Origin: a virus
Lineage: Duplodnaviria; Caudoviricetes
Direction: 5' to 3' (one strand)
Length of the DNA: 64,000 nucleotides
Virus record (IMG/VR): IMGVR_UViG_3300026260_000475
Coordinates: 1 to 64,000 of that record
Position 1 is the stretch's first letter, and every line of letters begins with the position of its first letter. The position numbers were made by a program, and so were the translations under genes. Below are positions 28,787 to 38,965 of this stretch, in pieces. The notes below the pieces were generated by a model that saw nothing but the letters and a program-made list of their open reading frames with translations, was not told the origin of the DNA and did no database searches.

Positions 28787-31013
28787 GATTGCATTATGTA
28801 TGTGTCCAGCTTGGTCTTTAGAGACACCACCACTTAGTCTTGGATTATTGGCAGGTGCTTTAAAAACTAAAGGTAGAGATGTGAAACAATTTCATATTAA
28901 TTTACTTTCGGCAATGTATGTGGATGTAAAAACACAAGAAGAATTGTGGGCACCGACTGGTCATTTCTTTTGGACTAATGACCATTCTTTTGAAGATAAA
29001 ATTATTCCTGCGTACAAAGATTATTGGGATACTATAATAGAAGAATTGTCAACGTTTGATATTGTTACATTTACAACTTATTTTTCAAATGTAGTAGTAA
29101 CGGATTATATAGCTGAGAGGTTATATAAGAAAAATCCTAAACTACATATATTTTATGGTGGTCCATATTGTTGGAATGCACCACATGGTGGGTTGAGGTC
29201 ATCTAAACCACAAGGAGAACCTGATAGAGATTGGATTAAAGTATCGTGTGATGTTGAAGGTGAATTAATTATAAATGATTTAATAGATTATTATGAAAAA
29301 GGTGAGGGTTATGAAAATGTAAAAGGAATATGGACTTGGGATAAAGATAAACAACCTTTATTTACTGGAATGAGAGAACCATTAAAAAATTTAGATGATG
29401 TACCAGCAGCAAATTGGGACGGAGTTGAATTACAGAATTATAAACTTTTTCATTATGAAGGTCATGCACATTTACCACTACAAGGTTCACGAGGATGTAC
29501 TTATAAGTGTACATTTTGTTCAGAGACAAGAATTTTTAGATTTAAAAAAGGGCATACATTAGCAAAAGAAATAATAGACCAAGTTGAGAAATATAATATA
29601 ACACATTTCTCATTTGTAGATTCTCTTGTTAATGGTTCAATGCCACAGTTTAAGATATTAATTGATGAGTTGTGTGATGAAGTGGATAAAAATCCAAAAT
29701 TGAAAGAATTAAGTCTTGGTGGATATGCAAGAACACATAAAGATATGGATATGGAGTTGATGACAAAGGCGGCCAAGGCAGGGTTTAAATGGTTATCTAT
29801 TGGAGTAGAGAGTGGAACACCTAAAATACTTGAAGTTATAGAAAAAAGACAGACCAGAGAATTAATAACTCAGTTGTGGCATGCATGTTGGGCAAATGGT
29901 ATTCGTATGGATGCTAATTGGATATCAGGGTATCCAAAAGAAAATCACGTTGATTGGATAATCAGTTTAGCTTTCTTATATGAGAATAAACACTTTATGC
30001 CTGTTGTGGCCGCTAATCAATTTCCAGCTGGAGTAACTCCAGGAACAGCGTTGGATCAATATAGAGAAAAATTTGCTATCTCACATCATACTACAATATT
30101 TTATGATTGGGTTAGTGAAAATTTTAAGAATACATATATAAACAGATTTTTACGAGTTAAACTATGTCATATGTTTTTAGAGATGTGGAAAATATATTAT
30201 TCTGGTTTTTGGTCAGTACGTGAAGATTTAAAATATTTCAAAGTAAAAGCTCCTCGAAGTATTTTTAATATAGAAGATTATACAGAGTGGAATCATAGAG
30301 AACATGGAACATTTTGGCAACAACATCATTGGCAGAATCAATATCCAGAACAATTTGAAGTTGAAAAAATGAATTATAATGTTCCTTATTTAGAATTTGC
30401 AAATATACCTGTACATGATGAGTATGACCCTTCGGTAAGTATAGAAGATACTATAAAGATAGAAACAAGAAATGAAATACGAGTTTGGTGTTGGTTATTA
30501 TATCAAATGGTAGGAGCTTATGATATTGAAGTGGAGTTTGATGAAGATTATAGTGAGAGAAATATAGATGGAGCGAGATTAGTAAGTAATTTTAAATTTA
30601 CTTCTGAACTTAATGGTGATTATAGACTTGAAATAAATAATAAATTGACAGTAGATGGAGATGCTAAACAAACAATACATTTATGTTTACCAAATAGACT
30701 TGAACATCATGATATGTTGGAATATAGAAAGAGAAAAAGACAGGTAAGAATTAAGCATAGTGAAGATAGACATCTAAGAGCTAAACAGTATAAACTAAAA
30801 GATGTTATTAGTTTGAGTGAAGATGGTATGATTGTAAATTATTATGATATATCATTTGAAGATAATTTTGTAGATGAGGGAAATATGAATGATAGGTATG
30901 ATGACGAAGAACATTTACAAAAAAAATATGGTGTTCCAAATTACATTGATGCGTTTGACATCGAGAAATATAAAATTAATTTAAAAAGAACTTTTATGAC
31001 AGGAAAACATTAA
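28776..31013 (+). CDS. Cobalamin-binding (class B) radical SAM enzyme with long C-terminal extension
   Basis: PPLSLGLL, YGGP, EGE, SRGCTYKCTFC, GVESG, GYP.E; roughly 300 extra C-terminal residues of unknown fold. Confidence 0.88.
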   Translation: MSTKIALCMCPAWSLETPPLSLGLLAGALKTKGRDVKQFHINLLSAMYVDVKTQEELWAPTGHFFWTNDHSFEDKIIPAYKDYWDTIIEELSTFDIVTFTTYFSNVVVTDYIAERLYKKNPKLHIFYGGPYCWNAPHGGLRSSKPQGEPDRDWIKVSCDVEGELIINDLIDYYEKGEGYENVKGIWTWDKDKQPLFTGMREPLKNLDDVPAANWDGVELQNYKLFHYEGHAHLPLQGSRGCTYKCTFCSETRIFRFKKGHTLAKEIIDQVEKYNITHFSFVDSLVNGSMPQFKILIDELCDEVDKNPKLKELSLGGYARTHKDMDMELMTKAAKAGFKWLSIGVESGTPKILEVIEKRQTRELITQLWHACWANGIRMDANWISGYPKENHVDWIISLAFLYENKHFMPVVAANQFPAGVTPGTALDQYREKFAISHHTTIFYDWVSENFKNTYINRFLRVKLCHMFLEMWKIYYSGFWSVREDLKYFKVKAPRSIFNIEDYTEWNHREHGTFWQQHHWQNQYPEQFEVEKMNYNVPYLEFANIPVHDEYDPSVSIEDTIKIETRNEIRVWCWLLYQMVGAYDIEVEFDEDYSERNIDGARLVSNFKFTSELNGDYRLEINNKLTVDGDAKQTIHLCLPNRLEHHDMLEYRKRKRQVRIKHSEDRHLRAKQYKLKDVISLSEDGMIVNYYDISFEDNFVDEGNMNDRYDDEEHLQKKYGVPNYIDAFDIEKYKINLKRTFMTGKH

Positions 31014-32284
31014 TGAAAGATTTAAAATATTTTTGTTCACATTTATTTACTTCCCTAAGTTTTGACCACGCAGGTAGGGTTAGGGTTTGTTGTAACAATT
31101 ATGAAGTACCAACGGGAGAAGACCTTGAACCAATTAATGTATATTCAGAAGATTTTGATGTAAAGAAAGCTTTTAATAGTGATTTACATAATCGGATACG
31201 TAAAAACATTTTAAATAATAAACAAGATGAAAGTTGTATTAGATGTTGGCAAACAGAAGATAATGGAGCAGACAGTTATAGAACTATATGGAATAGTACA
31301 TTAGCATCTGGTTATTTACGAGGTATAATGTTAGATTCTGTTAATGATGATGGAGAAATTGATAAGCCCTTTACAACATTTTTAGATTTTACTATGGGGA
31401 ATAAATGTAATTTAGTATGTAGGATGTGTAATTTACAAAATTCTAACCAATGGGATTTAGAATCTGATTTATTAGGACTTGATATAGAAGGATTTGAGTC
31501 ATCCACTACCTTAGAAGTAGATAAAAAGTTTTTAAGTGATGAATTTTTCGTTAAGAATTTTATGCATTTGAAACAAGTAAACTTTCTTGGTGGAGAACCT
31601 TTGATAATTAAGGAACATTATGAATTTTTAAAGAAATGTATTAAGTTTGGTGTAGCACCTAAGATGATTTTATCTTATACCACTAATTTAACTGTAATTA
31701 AGAAAGAACTTAAAGATTTATGGAAATGTTTTAGACATGTTTCAGTAGGAGTAAGTCTTGATGCTATCGGTCCACTTAATGATTATATTAGATATCCATC
31801 TAAATGGAATGTAATAACTAAAAATTTACTAAAACTATCTAAATTTAGAAATGAAGTAAGTATGGATATTCAAATACACTCAACATTTCAACTATTAAAT
31901 GTTTTAGATTGGGGTGAATTGTTTGATTGGACGTATTCATTATCAGATTTAGGAGTATGGAGAGTACCATTTCCAAATTGGCTTACACATCCAAGTTATT
32001 ATGATTGTCGTATATTGTCAGATGAGTTAAAACAGGACGCAATAGATAGAATTACTAAATCAATAGAGAGTAAAAGTGATACTGAATGGACTGATGGTGA
32101 GAAACAATGGTTAGGTATATTAGATAGTAATCTGAAAACTATGCAGGAAAGATTAGATGAAGGTTTAGAATTAGATTCGAGACATAAATTACAACATTAT
32201 ACAAAGTTGCTTGATATGAATAGGGACCAATCTATTACAAAAATTAATCCAAAATTAGCAGAATTTATTTATGAGAAGTTATAA
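31013..32284 (+). CDS. N-terminal twitch-domain radical SAM protein
   Basis: FCSHLF...VCC...CIRCW, then CNLVCRMC, LGGEP, YTTN. Confidence 0.9.
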   Translation: MKDLKYFCSHLFTSLSFDHAGRVRVCCNNYEVPTGEDLEPINVYSEDFDVKKAFNSDLHNRIRKNILNNKQDESCIRCWQTEDNGADSYRTIWNSTLASGYLRGIMLDSVNDDGEIDKPFTTFLDFTMGNKCNLVCRMCNLQNSNQWDLESDLLGLDIEGFESSTTLEVDKKFLSDEFFVKNFMHLKQVNFLGGEPLIIKEHYEFLKKCIKFGVAPKMILSYTTNLTVIKKELKDLWKCFRHVSVGVSLDAIGPLNDYIRYPSKWNVITKNLLKLSKFRNEVSMDIQIHSTFQLLNVLDWGELFDWTYSLSDLGVWRVPFPNWLTHPSYYDCRILSDELKQDAIDRITKSIESKSDTEWTDGEKQWLGILDSNLKTMQERLDEGLELDSRHKLQHYTKLLDMNRDQSITKINPKLAEFIYEKL

Positions 32285-33761
32285 ATTATATTTTGGTTGG
32301 GATTATTATAACTATTCTTTAGATGTAGATATAGAAGAAATAATTAGGGAAAAATTTCCAGATTTTCGACCAACAGGTATTTATCCAAATGATTCAGATA
32401 CATTACCTTTAACAGATTCTACCTATGAGCTTACAAATGATTGGCATCAACTAATTACAACACTTGAAAGGTATAATGGTAATGTAGAGATAATACATAA
32501 AGACACTACTGAATTAATACAACAAAATATTCCATTTATTTATCTTATAGGTATAAAGTCTGGTCCACAAATTTGGGGAAGAGGTGATAGAAATAAATTA
32601 TTTCATAATATAAAACAACATACTAAAAATTATATTAAAGATGGTAAGGTATTGGTAATAGTTGATATGTCTGGAGAAGGATATCCAGTAGAAAATTTAG
32701 ACGAATTGACACTTTCTGAAACTGGAGATATTCCGAGTACACCAATAGCTATAGAGAGGGCGTGTACAAGAGAAGATTTTCCGTTTGATAAGGTTTGTTA
32801 TTTAACTGGAAACGCTCAAGCTGTTAATTTTAAAAAATCAAAGATAAAAGCTATAACAATGGTTAATTCTGAGATTAGATTAAAATATCAAAAAAATCCA
32901 AACATGAATCCAACGTGGACAGAGGATAAGTTTAATGAAATATTTGAGTATAAGAAAAAAAATTATCGTAGACCAACAACAAAATATTTTTTAAGTTTGT
33001 GTAAATTGGTAAAGGATTGGAGATTATATCATTCGTTAGGTTTGAATTATTATAATTTACATGAAAAGGGATTAACTTCATTAATTATACCACAAAACGA
33101 ATTAGTTGTATTGAATGAGAGAGAATTTATTGATGAAGATGTTGATGATTTTGAATTTAATAAAAATATAAAAGATTTTAAAGAATATATAAGAGTTATA
33201 AAACTTAAACTTAGGTTAATAGGTAATACTGAACATGGTAAATTTGTAAAGTCGAATGATAACATTCAAAGTTTGCTTAAAAAAATACCTTTATATGTTG
33301 ATTTGAAGTCATTTGAAGAAGAAGATGGTACACCAATAAGTGGATTTACAACTTGGAATTCAAGTTTTTATAATGATTCATTTTTTTCATATTTGTATGA
33401 GAGTTACGCATATAATAATAAAACTAATTATGTGACAGAGAAGTTTTGGAAAACTGTTTTAAATTTTCATCCAACAATATTAGTTACAAATCCATATACT
33501 TTGAGATATTTAAAGGAGAGAGGTTATAAAACATTCTCACCATATATACATGAATTTTATGACGAAGTAGAAGAATTTGACATAAGGTCAGAAATGTTAT
33601 TAAAAGAAGTTAATAGGTTATGTGATATGCGAAAGATAGAATTATTAGATTGGTATGCAAGTCAGTCTGAAACTCTTATTTATAATTTCAAAAAATATGT
33701 AATTGAAGATCCTATAGTAGATGCTGTAAATGAAATTAAGAAAATATATAAATTATTATGA
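32271..33761 (+). CDS. 'ET..EK..KP..HPF' family protein
   Basis: SYLYES...YVTEKFWK...FHP...GYKTFSPYI.E.YD; tandem paralog of 33758. Confidence 0.55.
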   Translation: MRSYKLYFGWDYYNYSLDVDIEEIIREKFPDFRPTGIYPNDSDTLPLTDSTYELTNDWHQLITTLERYNGNVEIIHKDTTELIQQNIPFIYLIGIKSGPQIWGRGDRNKLFHNIKQHTKNYIKDGKVLVIVDMSGEGYPVENLDELTLSETGDIPSTPIAIERACTREDFPFDKVCYLTGNAQAVNFKKSKIKAITMVNSEIRLKYQKNPNMNPTWTEDKFNEIFEYKKKNYRRPTTKYFLSLCKLVKDWRLYHSLGLNYYNLHEKGLTSLIIPQNELVVLNEREFIDEDVDDFEFNKNIKDFKEYIRVIKLKLRLIGNTEHGKFVKSNDNIQSLLKKIPLYVDLKSFEEEDGTPISGFTTWNSSFYNDSFFSYLYESYAYNNKTNYVTEKFWKTVLNFHPTILVTNPYTLRYLKERGYKTFSPYIHEFYDEVEEFDIRSEMLLKEVNRLCDMRKIELLDWYASQSETLIYNFKKYVIEDPIVDAVNEIKKIYKLL

Positions 33762-35308
33762 AGAACATTAGATTTGGTTGGGATTATTTACATTATTCCA
33801 AACAGACGGAAATAAAAAAAATAATAGAGAAAAATTTTAGTGGTTTTTCACCTGATGGAATTTATCCAAATGATTCAGATACACTTCCATTGTTTGATTT
33901 AGAATATCAACCAACAAATGCGTGGCACAATATAGTAAACATATTAGAACATCATCATCAACCTAAAATGACATTGATACATAAAGATACTACTGATTTT
34001 ATCAAGGATAATGAGAGTTTCGTATATATTATAGCAACAAATGGGGGACCAGAGCTCTGGTGTGGTGGAGACACGGAGAGAAATACCTTATTTCATAATA
34101 TAAAAGAACATACAAAAGAACATATTAGAAAAGGTAAGGTGGTAGTTACTATAGATTTGTCGTTTGAAGGATTTCCAATTGATGGAACTGATGAAATGAG
34201 TATATTGGATATGGGTAGACATCCTCATCTAGCAGAAACAGTACATAAAAGAGCAGAAGAAGAAAAATTTCCCATAGAGAATATAGTATTTTTAAGTGCT
34301 AATCATAAAGATGTAGAGTATTATAAAGAATGGTGTGAAGAAAAGAATATAAAAAAACCAATGAATTGGATTTTACTTGATTGGTGTGAAAAAGCAATCT
34401 CGTCAGATTTTAAACACTTGGAAGATACTTTTGAAGATAATTTTAATTATAAAAAAGATAACATAGATACTATAAAACATTATTTGTGTCTATGTAGACG
34501 ATTAAAAACTCCAAGAATATTTCATCATTTGGGTTTGAATTATTTTAATTTATTAGATAAAGGTTCTGTATCTTGTATACTACCTAAATGGGAAATTCGT
34601 ACAGTTTTTAAGGATATAGATAGAACTAAAATGGAAATGAATAATGCAGGTGAGGTAACTTTTAGTGATTGTGCAACCGAAGATGATACAGAGTTTAATA
34701 AAACATTAAAAGATAGTGTATTTTTAGATGATATAGTGGACGAGTGGTGGACAAAATTTAATCATTTTGGAGTATTAGGTAGAAGAAGATATTTGTTTCC
34801 GTTCAGACGAAAGAAAAATATTAAAAGTTTTTTAAAAAAATTACCTTTGTTAGTGGATAAAACAAGTTTTAATACTTTAGATTCATTTCATCATTGGGAT
34901 ACTAAGTTATATAAGGATACTATGTTTTCTTATGTGTATGAGACTTGGTCAATGTCTACAAATATGGTGTTTTTTTCAGAAAAGATTTACAAATGTATTT
35001 TAAATTACCATCCATTTTTGGGAATGATTAATTATCAGACTATAGATTTTATGAAACGTAATGGTTATAAGAGTTTTTCACCCTGGATTGATGAAACTTA
35101 TGATATTATTTCAGATCCAGATGAAAGAAGTGAATATTTATTTAAAGAATTACAAAGTTTATGTGAGATGCCTATAAATAAGTTATTAGATTGGTATGGA
35201 GCTCAGTCTGATGTATTAATTCACAATAGGGAAGTATTTATGACTAATAAACATTTAGAGAATAGTACAAAACAATTTTTAAAAGTTTGGGAAAAACATT
35301 ATGAATAA
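33758..35308 (+). CDS. 'ET..EK..KP..HPF' family protein
   Basis: SYVYET...FSEKIYK...YHPF...GYKSFSPWIDETYD; shares FGWDY and GIYPNDSDTLPL with 32271. Confidence 0.55.
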   Translation: MKNIRFGWDYLHYSKQTEIKKIIEKNFSGFSPDGIYPNDSDTLPLFDLEYQPTNAWHNIVNILEHHHQPKMTLIHKDTTDFIKDNESFVYIIATNGGPELWCGGDTERNTLFHNIKEHTKEHIRKGKVVVTIDLSFEGFPIDGTDEMSILDMGRHPHLAETVHKRAEEEKFPIENIVFLSANHKDVEYYKEWCEEKNIKKPMNWILLDWCEKAISSDFKHLEDTFEDNFNYKKDNIDTIKHYLCLCRRLKTPRIFHHLGLNYFNLLDKGSVSCILPKWEIRTVFKDIDRTKMEMNNAGEVTFSDCATEDDTEFNKTLKDSVFLDDIVDEWWTKFNHFGVLGRRRYLFPFRRKKNIKSFLKKLPLLVDKTSFNTLDSFHHWDTKLYKDTMFSYVYETWSMSTNMVFFSEKIYKCILNYHPFLGMINYQTIDFMKRNGYKSFSPWIDETYDIISDPDERSEYLFKELQSLCEMPINKLLDWYGAQSDVLIHNREVFMTNKHLENSTKQFLKVWEKHYE

Positions 35309-36818
35309 AAAAAGAATACCTTTATATCACGAGAGAGCAATAGGAGAGTTTGTATGGGGTGGACATAGTGGAATGGGTTCAGATAGAGATGGTAGTTCTA
35401 CTTTACCATTCCCTAACTGTATACCTGATTGTGTTTATGATGAATTTTTGGAATCGGATAGTGATGACACTAACTGGTTCTTACAAAATGAAAGTAAGGA
35501 AGTACCAAGGCTTAGGGAAGAAGGTAAACAACCATTTCAAACGATGTCACATTATGGATTTTTAGTTACTCCAGAATCAGAAAAAGAAAATTTAAACGCA
35601 ATAGTTGACGAATTTGAGTTAGTATTGACGAATAGTAGAAAGGAAAAGTACGTTTATTTAGTACAACCACAGTCAGTAGATGGTAATGATATTTTTGAAG
35701 TTATAAGTTATAATACACCGAAGGATGTAATGGAAGATTTATCAAATGATAGAGCTGTTTTGTGTCTCTCATTTATTCAAGAAGGAGATAGTTATGATGG
35801 ATTGTTTTCAGACCTACATAAGTTTTGTGATAAAAATACTATACCAAGAAAGAATTTTGTATTTTGTTCGAATAATGCCACTTTAGAAATTGAATATGAT
35901 AAATATTGTGAGGAAAATAGTATTACAGATAAGTCTACCATGATTTCAATTTATTATTATTATAATCATGTTTCAACAATGTATAGATTAGATTATAAGT
36001 GTTATAAAAATGGATGGGAGCCACCAACATTTAGGGAAGTGAGTAAAGATTATCATGATGGGTTTAGAATTAATACATTAGAGAAATTTAATCCTTTGAG
36101 AAAGGAGATTAGACCATATCATTATATGTGTTATAATAGACAACCAAAATTACATAGAACATTAATGGTAGCTTATTTGATGAAAGAGAATTTACTTGAT
36201 AAGGGATTGACAAGTTTAGGTTCTGTATATACTATACCAGCTGTTGAAGGAGATCAGTTTATACCTACATATAGGAATAGAAGAACACCAATATATACTG
36301 AAGAAGAAAAGGCTAAAATAATGCCATATTGGGAAAAAGTTAAAGAACAATCACCATTTCTTGTAGATTTAAAAGAAGAACAAATGAAACATGTTTGGGA
36401 ATCTTCTTGGATGGACATTTTTCCAGTTATTCATAACAAATCTTATTTTTCAATAGTGAGTTCTACAAGTTTTGATACTACCTGGATGCACCCTGACGAA
36501 AAATTTTGGAAGGAATTGGGACAATTTAAACCATTTATTTGGGTGGGTCCACCACATTCATTACAACATCTACACTCACAAGGATTTAAGACATTTTCAC
36601 CTTGGATTGATGAATCATATGATGAAGAAGAAGATTGTGAAAAACGATTCTTGATGATAGTGAAAGAAGTTAAACGATTGTGTGATATGAGTTTAGAAGA
36701 AATGCACGAGTGGTATCACGAAATGGAAGATATTTTGAAACATAATTGGAAGAGAATATTAAATTATAATCCTTCACCTTTTTTTAAACCATACAATAAA
36801 CTTTATGAGTTGTTATAA
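35301..36818 (+). CDS. 'ET..EK..KP..HPF' family protein
   Basis: CYNR..K.HR, SIVSST...PDEKFWK...KPF...GFKTFSPWIDESYD. Confidence 0.55.
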   Translation: MNKKRIPLYHERAIGEFVWGGHSGMGSDRDGSSTLPFPNCIPDCVYDEFLESDSDDTNWFLQNESKEVPRLREEGKQPFQTMSHYGFLVTPESEKENLNAIVDEFELVLTNSRKEKYVYLVQPQSVDGNDIFEVISYNTPKDVMEDLSNDRAVLCLSFIQEGDSYDGLFSDLHKFCDKNTIPRKNFVFCSNNATLEIEYDKYCEENSITDKSTMISIYYYYNHVSTMYRLDYKCYKNGWEPPTFREVSKDYHDGFRINTLEKFNPLRKEIRPYHYMCYNRQPKLHRTLMVAYLMKENLLDKGLTSLGSVYTIPAVEGDQFIPTYRNRRTPIYTEEEKAKIMPYWEKVKEQSPFLVDLKEEQMKHVWESSWMDIFPVIHNKSYFSIVSSTSFDTTWMHPDEKFWKELGQFKPFIWVGPPHSLQHLHSQGFKTFSPWIDESYDEEEDCEKRFLMIVKEVKRLCDMSLEEMHEWYHEMEDILKHNWKRILNYNPSPFFKPYNKLYELL

Positions 36819-36826
36819 TTATAAGT

Positions 36827-37780
36827 ATGGATACTATAAAATTAGGATTTAATATATATGATATTAGAGATTTTTTTGATAATTCTTATGTTAAAGAATA
36901 TGAAGAATCTGTAATTAGCGTACGAAAATATTTTTCGAGTAAATTAAATTTATGTCAAAAAAGATTACCATATGAAGATGGATGTCCATCGTGGAATAGT
37001 GATTTTATAAAATATATGGATAATTTATTAGATTCTGATTATTCTTATTTGTATGAAAAAACATATTATCATAAAGAAACTGATAATATATATATACAAA
37101 TGGATTATAATTTCACTAAGGATTGTTTTGAATATTTTGATAAACACAATATAGATCAAAATACTATAAATGGTGAGATTCCTGGCGTAAGTACTATATC
37201 TAATGGGTTTTATCATCAATGTCCATTTCACGAAGTGGAAGGTTTTAATAGATTAAAAGCCGCAATGAAATCAGGTTCGACTTTAGTAGATTATTTGTTA
37301 ATGACTGACGATATTAATTTTAAATTAATGAAATTATGTAATGGTAGTGAAGAATTACCAATTGATTCTAAAGTTGGAGACTGGACAGAATCAGAGGAAA
37401 ATTTAATTAATTTAACGTCAGCAGAACGAAAAAGAAAGATATGGTTAAATGTATTATATGCAAAACAATTCCATCCATACCATCAAGATGGACAAGGTGA
37501 TAGAAATAGAAAGTTTACTTGTTTAAATTATCCAAATGTTGGTAGAACACTTAAAGATGGTGGATTGTTTAGATATTATGACGAAATACCAGTTAGTGGA
37601 TTTACAAAATGGAATGTTAATATAGATAAAGATTCTTATCACGAGATATTATGTAATTATACGAAAGTTATAATATTAAATCATTCTATTGATAATGATA
37701 TAGTAGGAAACCTATATCATCAAGTTACTAAAAATCTTGGGGAAGTCAGATATAACTTATATAATACATTTACTGCATAA
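36827..37780 (+). CDS. 2OG-Fe(II) oxygenase-like protein
   Basis: YHQDG...R.FTCLNY....DGG...YHQV.....RY gives the HxD...H...R pattern. Confidence 0.65.
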   Translation: MDTIKLGFNIYDIRDFFDNSYVKEYEESVISVRKYFSSKLNLCQKRLPYEDGCPSWNSDFIKYMDNLLDSDYSYLYEKTYYHKETDNIYIQMDYNFTKDCFEYFDKHNIDQNTINGEIPGVSTISNGFYHQCPFHEVEGFNRLKAAMKSGSTLVDYLLMTDDINFKLMKLCNGSEELPIDSKVGDWTESEENLINLTSAERKRKIWLNVLYAKQFHPYHQDGQGDRNRKFTCLNYPNVGRTLKDGGLFRYYDEIPVSGFTKWNVNIDKDSYHEILCNYTKVIILNHSIDNDIVGNLYHQVTKNLGEVRYNLYNTFTA

Positions 37781-37808
37781 ATTTATTTATGATTTACTAT
37801 AATAACTA

Positions 37809-37817
37809 ACTATTTAT
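37809..37817 (+). promoter_or_regulatory. Candidate promoter element ACTATTTAT
   Basis: The same 9-mer is present in the other real intergenic gap (57433-57441), and here it lies just 5' of the structured RNA element. The AT-rich background makes chance occurrence possible. Confidence 0.35.
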
Positions 37818-37822
37818 ATATA

Positions 37823-37939
37823 AGTCGAGTAGAGCTAACACGGGTGAAAATCCTGAAAGACCTATCCCTCTACATTTAGACTATAAAACACGGGTGGCAT
37901 CAAGGTAAGTTGGTGCCTCCATAATTGGAGGCTTTTTTT
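37823..37939 (+). ncRNA. Candidate cis-regulatory (riboswitch-like) RNA leader of the gmd operon
   Basis: GC-richer island with AGTC/GACT and GTAGAG/CTCTAC helices, a GGGT-GAAA-ATCC tetraloop hairpin, an AACACGGGTG direct repeat, and two mutually exclusive 3' hairpins. Confidence 0.6.
37915..37939 (+). terminator. Intrinsic terminator / SD-sequestering hairpin
   Basis: GCCTCCA-TAAT-TGGAGGC followed by T7. The 3' arm contains GGAGG (37927-37931), 8 nt before GTG 37940. Confidence 0.75.
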
Positions 37940-38965
37940 GTGCACGTATTAATAACGGGTATAACAGGTTTTGTCGGTAGTCATATGGCTGACTATCTTC
38001 TCAAAAATGAACCTAACGTAAAAATCTATGGACTTCGTAAATGGAGAAGTAGATTTGATAATGTAGATCATTTATATAAACATCCTAATGTTACATTTAT
38101 TGAGGGTGATTTATCAGATCGTTCAAGTTTAAACCGAGCTTTACAGATATCTAAACCAGATATTGTATATCACTTCGCAGCCCAGAGTTTTCCTGAGTCA
38201 AGTTTTGTAACACCAACTTTAACATTAACAACAAATGTTATAGGAACTACTAATCTATTAGAAGAACTAAGAAAGGCTAAAGATGATGGTGTATGTGACC
38301 CTGTAATCATTAGTGTATCTTCTTCAGAGGTCTATGGTAATCCTACCAAAGACGAAATTCCAATTACGGAATCAAATCCAATCAGAGCTGCAAATCCCTA
38401 TTCAATTTCAAAAGTTGGACATGATTTGATGTCTCAATACTATTATAGTGCATATGATATGAAAGTTATTACTACTCGAATGTTTTCTCACGAAGGTAAA
38501 AGACGAGGGAAGTTATTTGCATTATCTTCTTTCGCATTCCAAATAGTAAAACATGAAAAATCAAAAGATTTTGGTAAAGAGGGTAGTTGGTATGAAGTTT
38601 ATCATGGTAATTTAAATTCAGTAAGGACTTATAATCATATAGATGATGCAGTTCGTGCTTATTGGTTAGCCGCGACCAAATGTGAATATGGTGAAGTCTA
38701 TAATATAGGGGGAGATGAAACTTGTACGATAGGTGAAGCTTTGGATATGTTGATATCTAAATCAAAAAAACCAGAAATGTTTATAAAATTACAAGATCCT
38801 AATAGAGTAAGACCTACCGATATTACATTACAAGTACCAGATAGTACAAAATTCAGAGAAAAAACAGGTTGGAAACCAACTAAAGGTTTAGAAGAGATAT
38901 GTGATGATTTATTAGACTTTTGGAGAAGTCATAAGGATTTTTGGAGAGACCCAGATGGCCTTTAA
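37940..38965 (+). CDS. gmd: GDP-mannose 4,6-dehydratase-like extended SDR
   Basis: LITGITGFVGSH, HFAAQS, SSSEVYG, PYSISK, GNL.S.R, RPTD. GTG 37940 has a GGAGG SD. Confidence 0.85.
   Translation: MHVLITGITGFVGSHMADYLLKNEPNVKIYGLRKWRSRFDNVDHLYKHPNVTFIEGDLSDRSSLNRALQISKPDIVYHFAAQSFPESSFVTPTLTLTTNVIGTTNLLEELRKAKDDGVCDPVIISVSSSEVYGNPTKDEIPITESNPIRAANPYSISKVGHDLMSQYYYSAYDMKVITTRMFSHEGKRRGKLFALSSFAFQIVKHEKSKDFGKEGSWYEVYHGNLNSVRTYNHIDDAVRAYWLAATKCEYGEVYNIGGDETCTIGEALDMLISKSKKPEMFIKLQDPNRVRPTDITLQVPDSTKFREKTGWKPTKGLEEICDDLLDFWRSHKDFWRDPDGL

Noticed and set aside
21570-32284. Conventional RiPP cluster (rSAM/SPASM maturases plus precursor)
   Set aside because: No recognisable RRE/PqqD domain, transporter or leader peptidase, and the context is dominated by sugar enzymes. 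It is kept only as a minor alternative for the 37-aa peptide.
37781-37939. tRNA, hammerhead ribozyme or SAM-I riboswitch in the intergenic gap
   Set aside because: No cloverleaf or TTCGA arm. CTGAAAGA does not fit the CUGANGA core with its required stems. GGCATC...GGTGCC only superficially recalls SAM-I P3, and the other conserved elements are absent.
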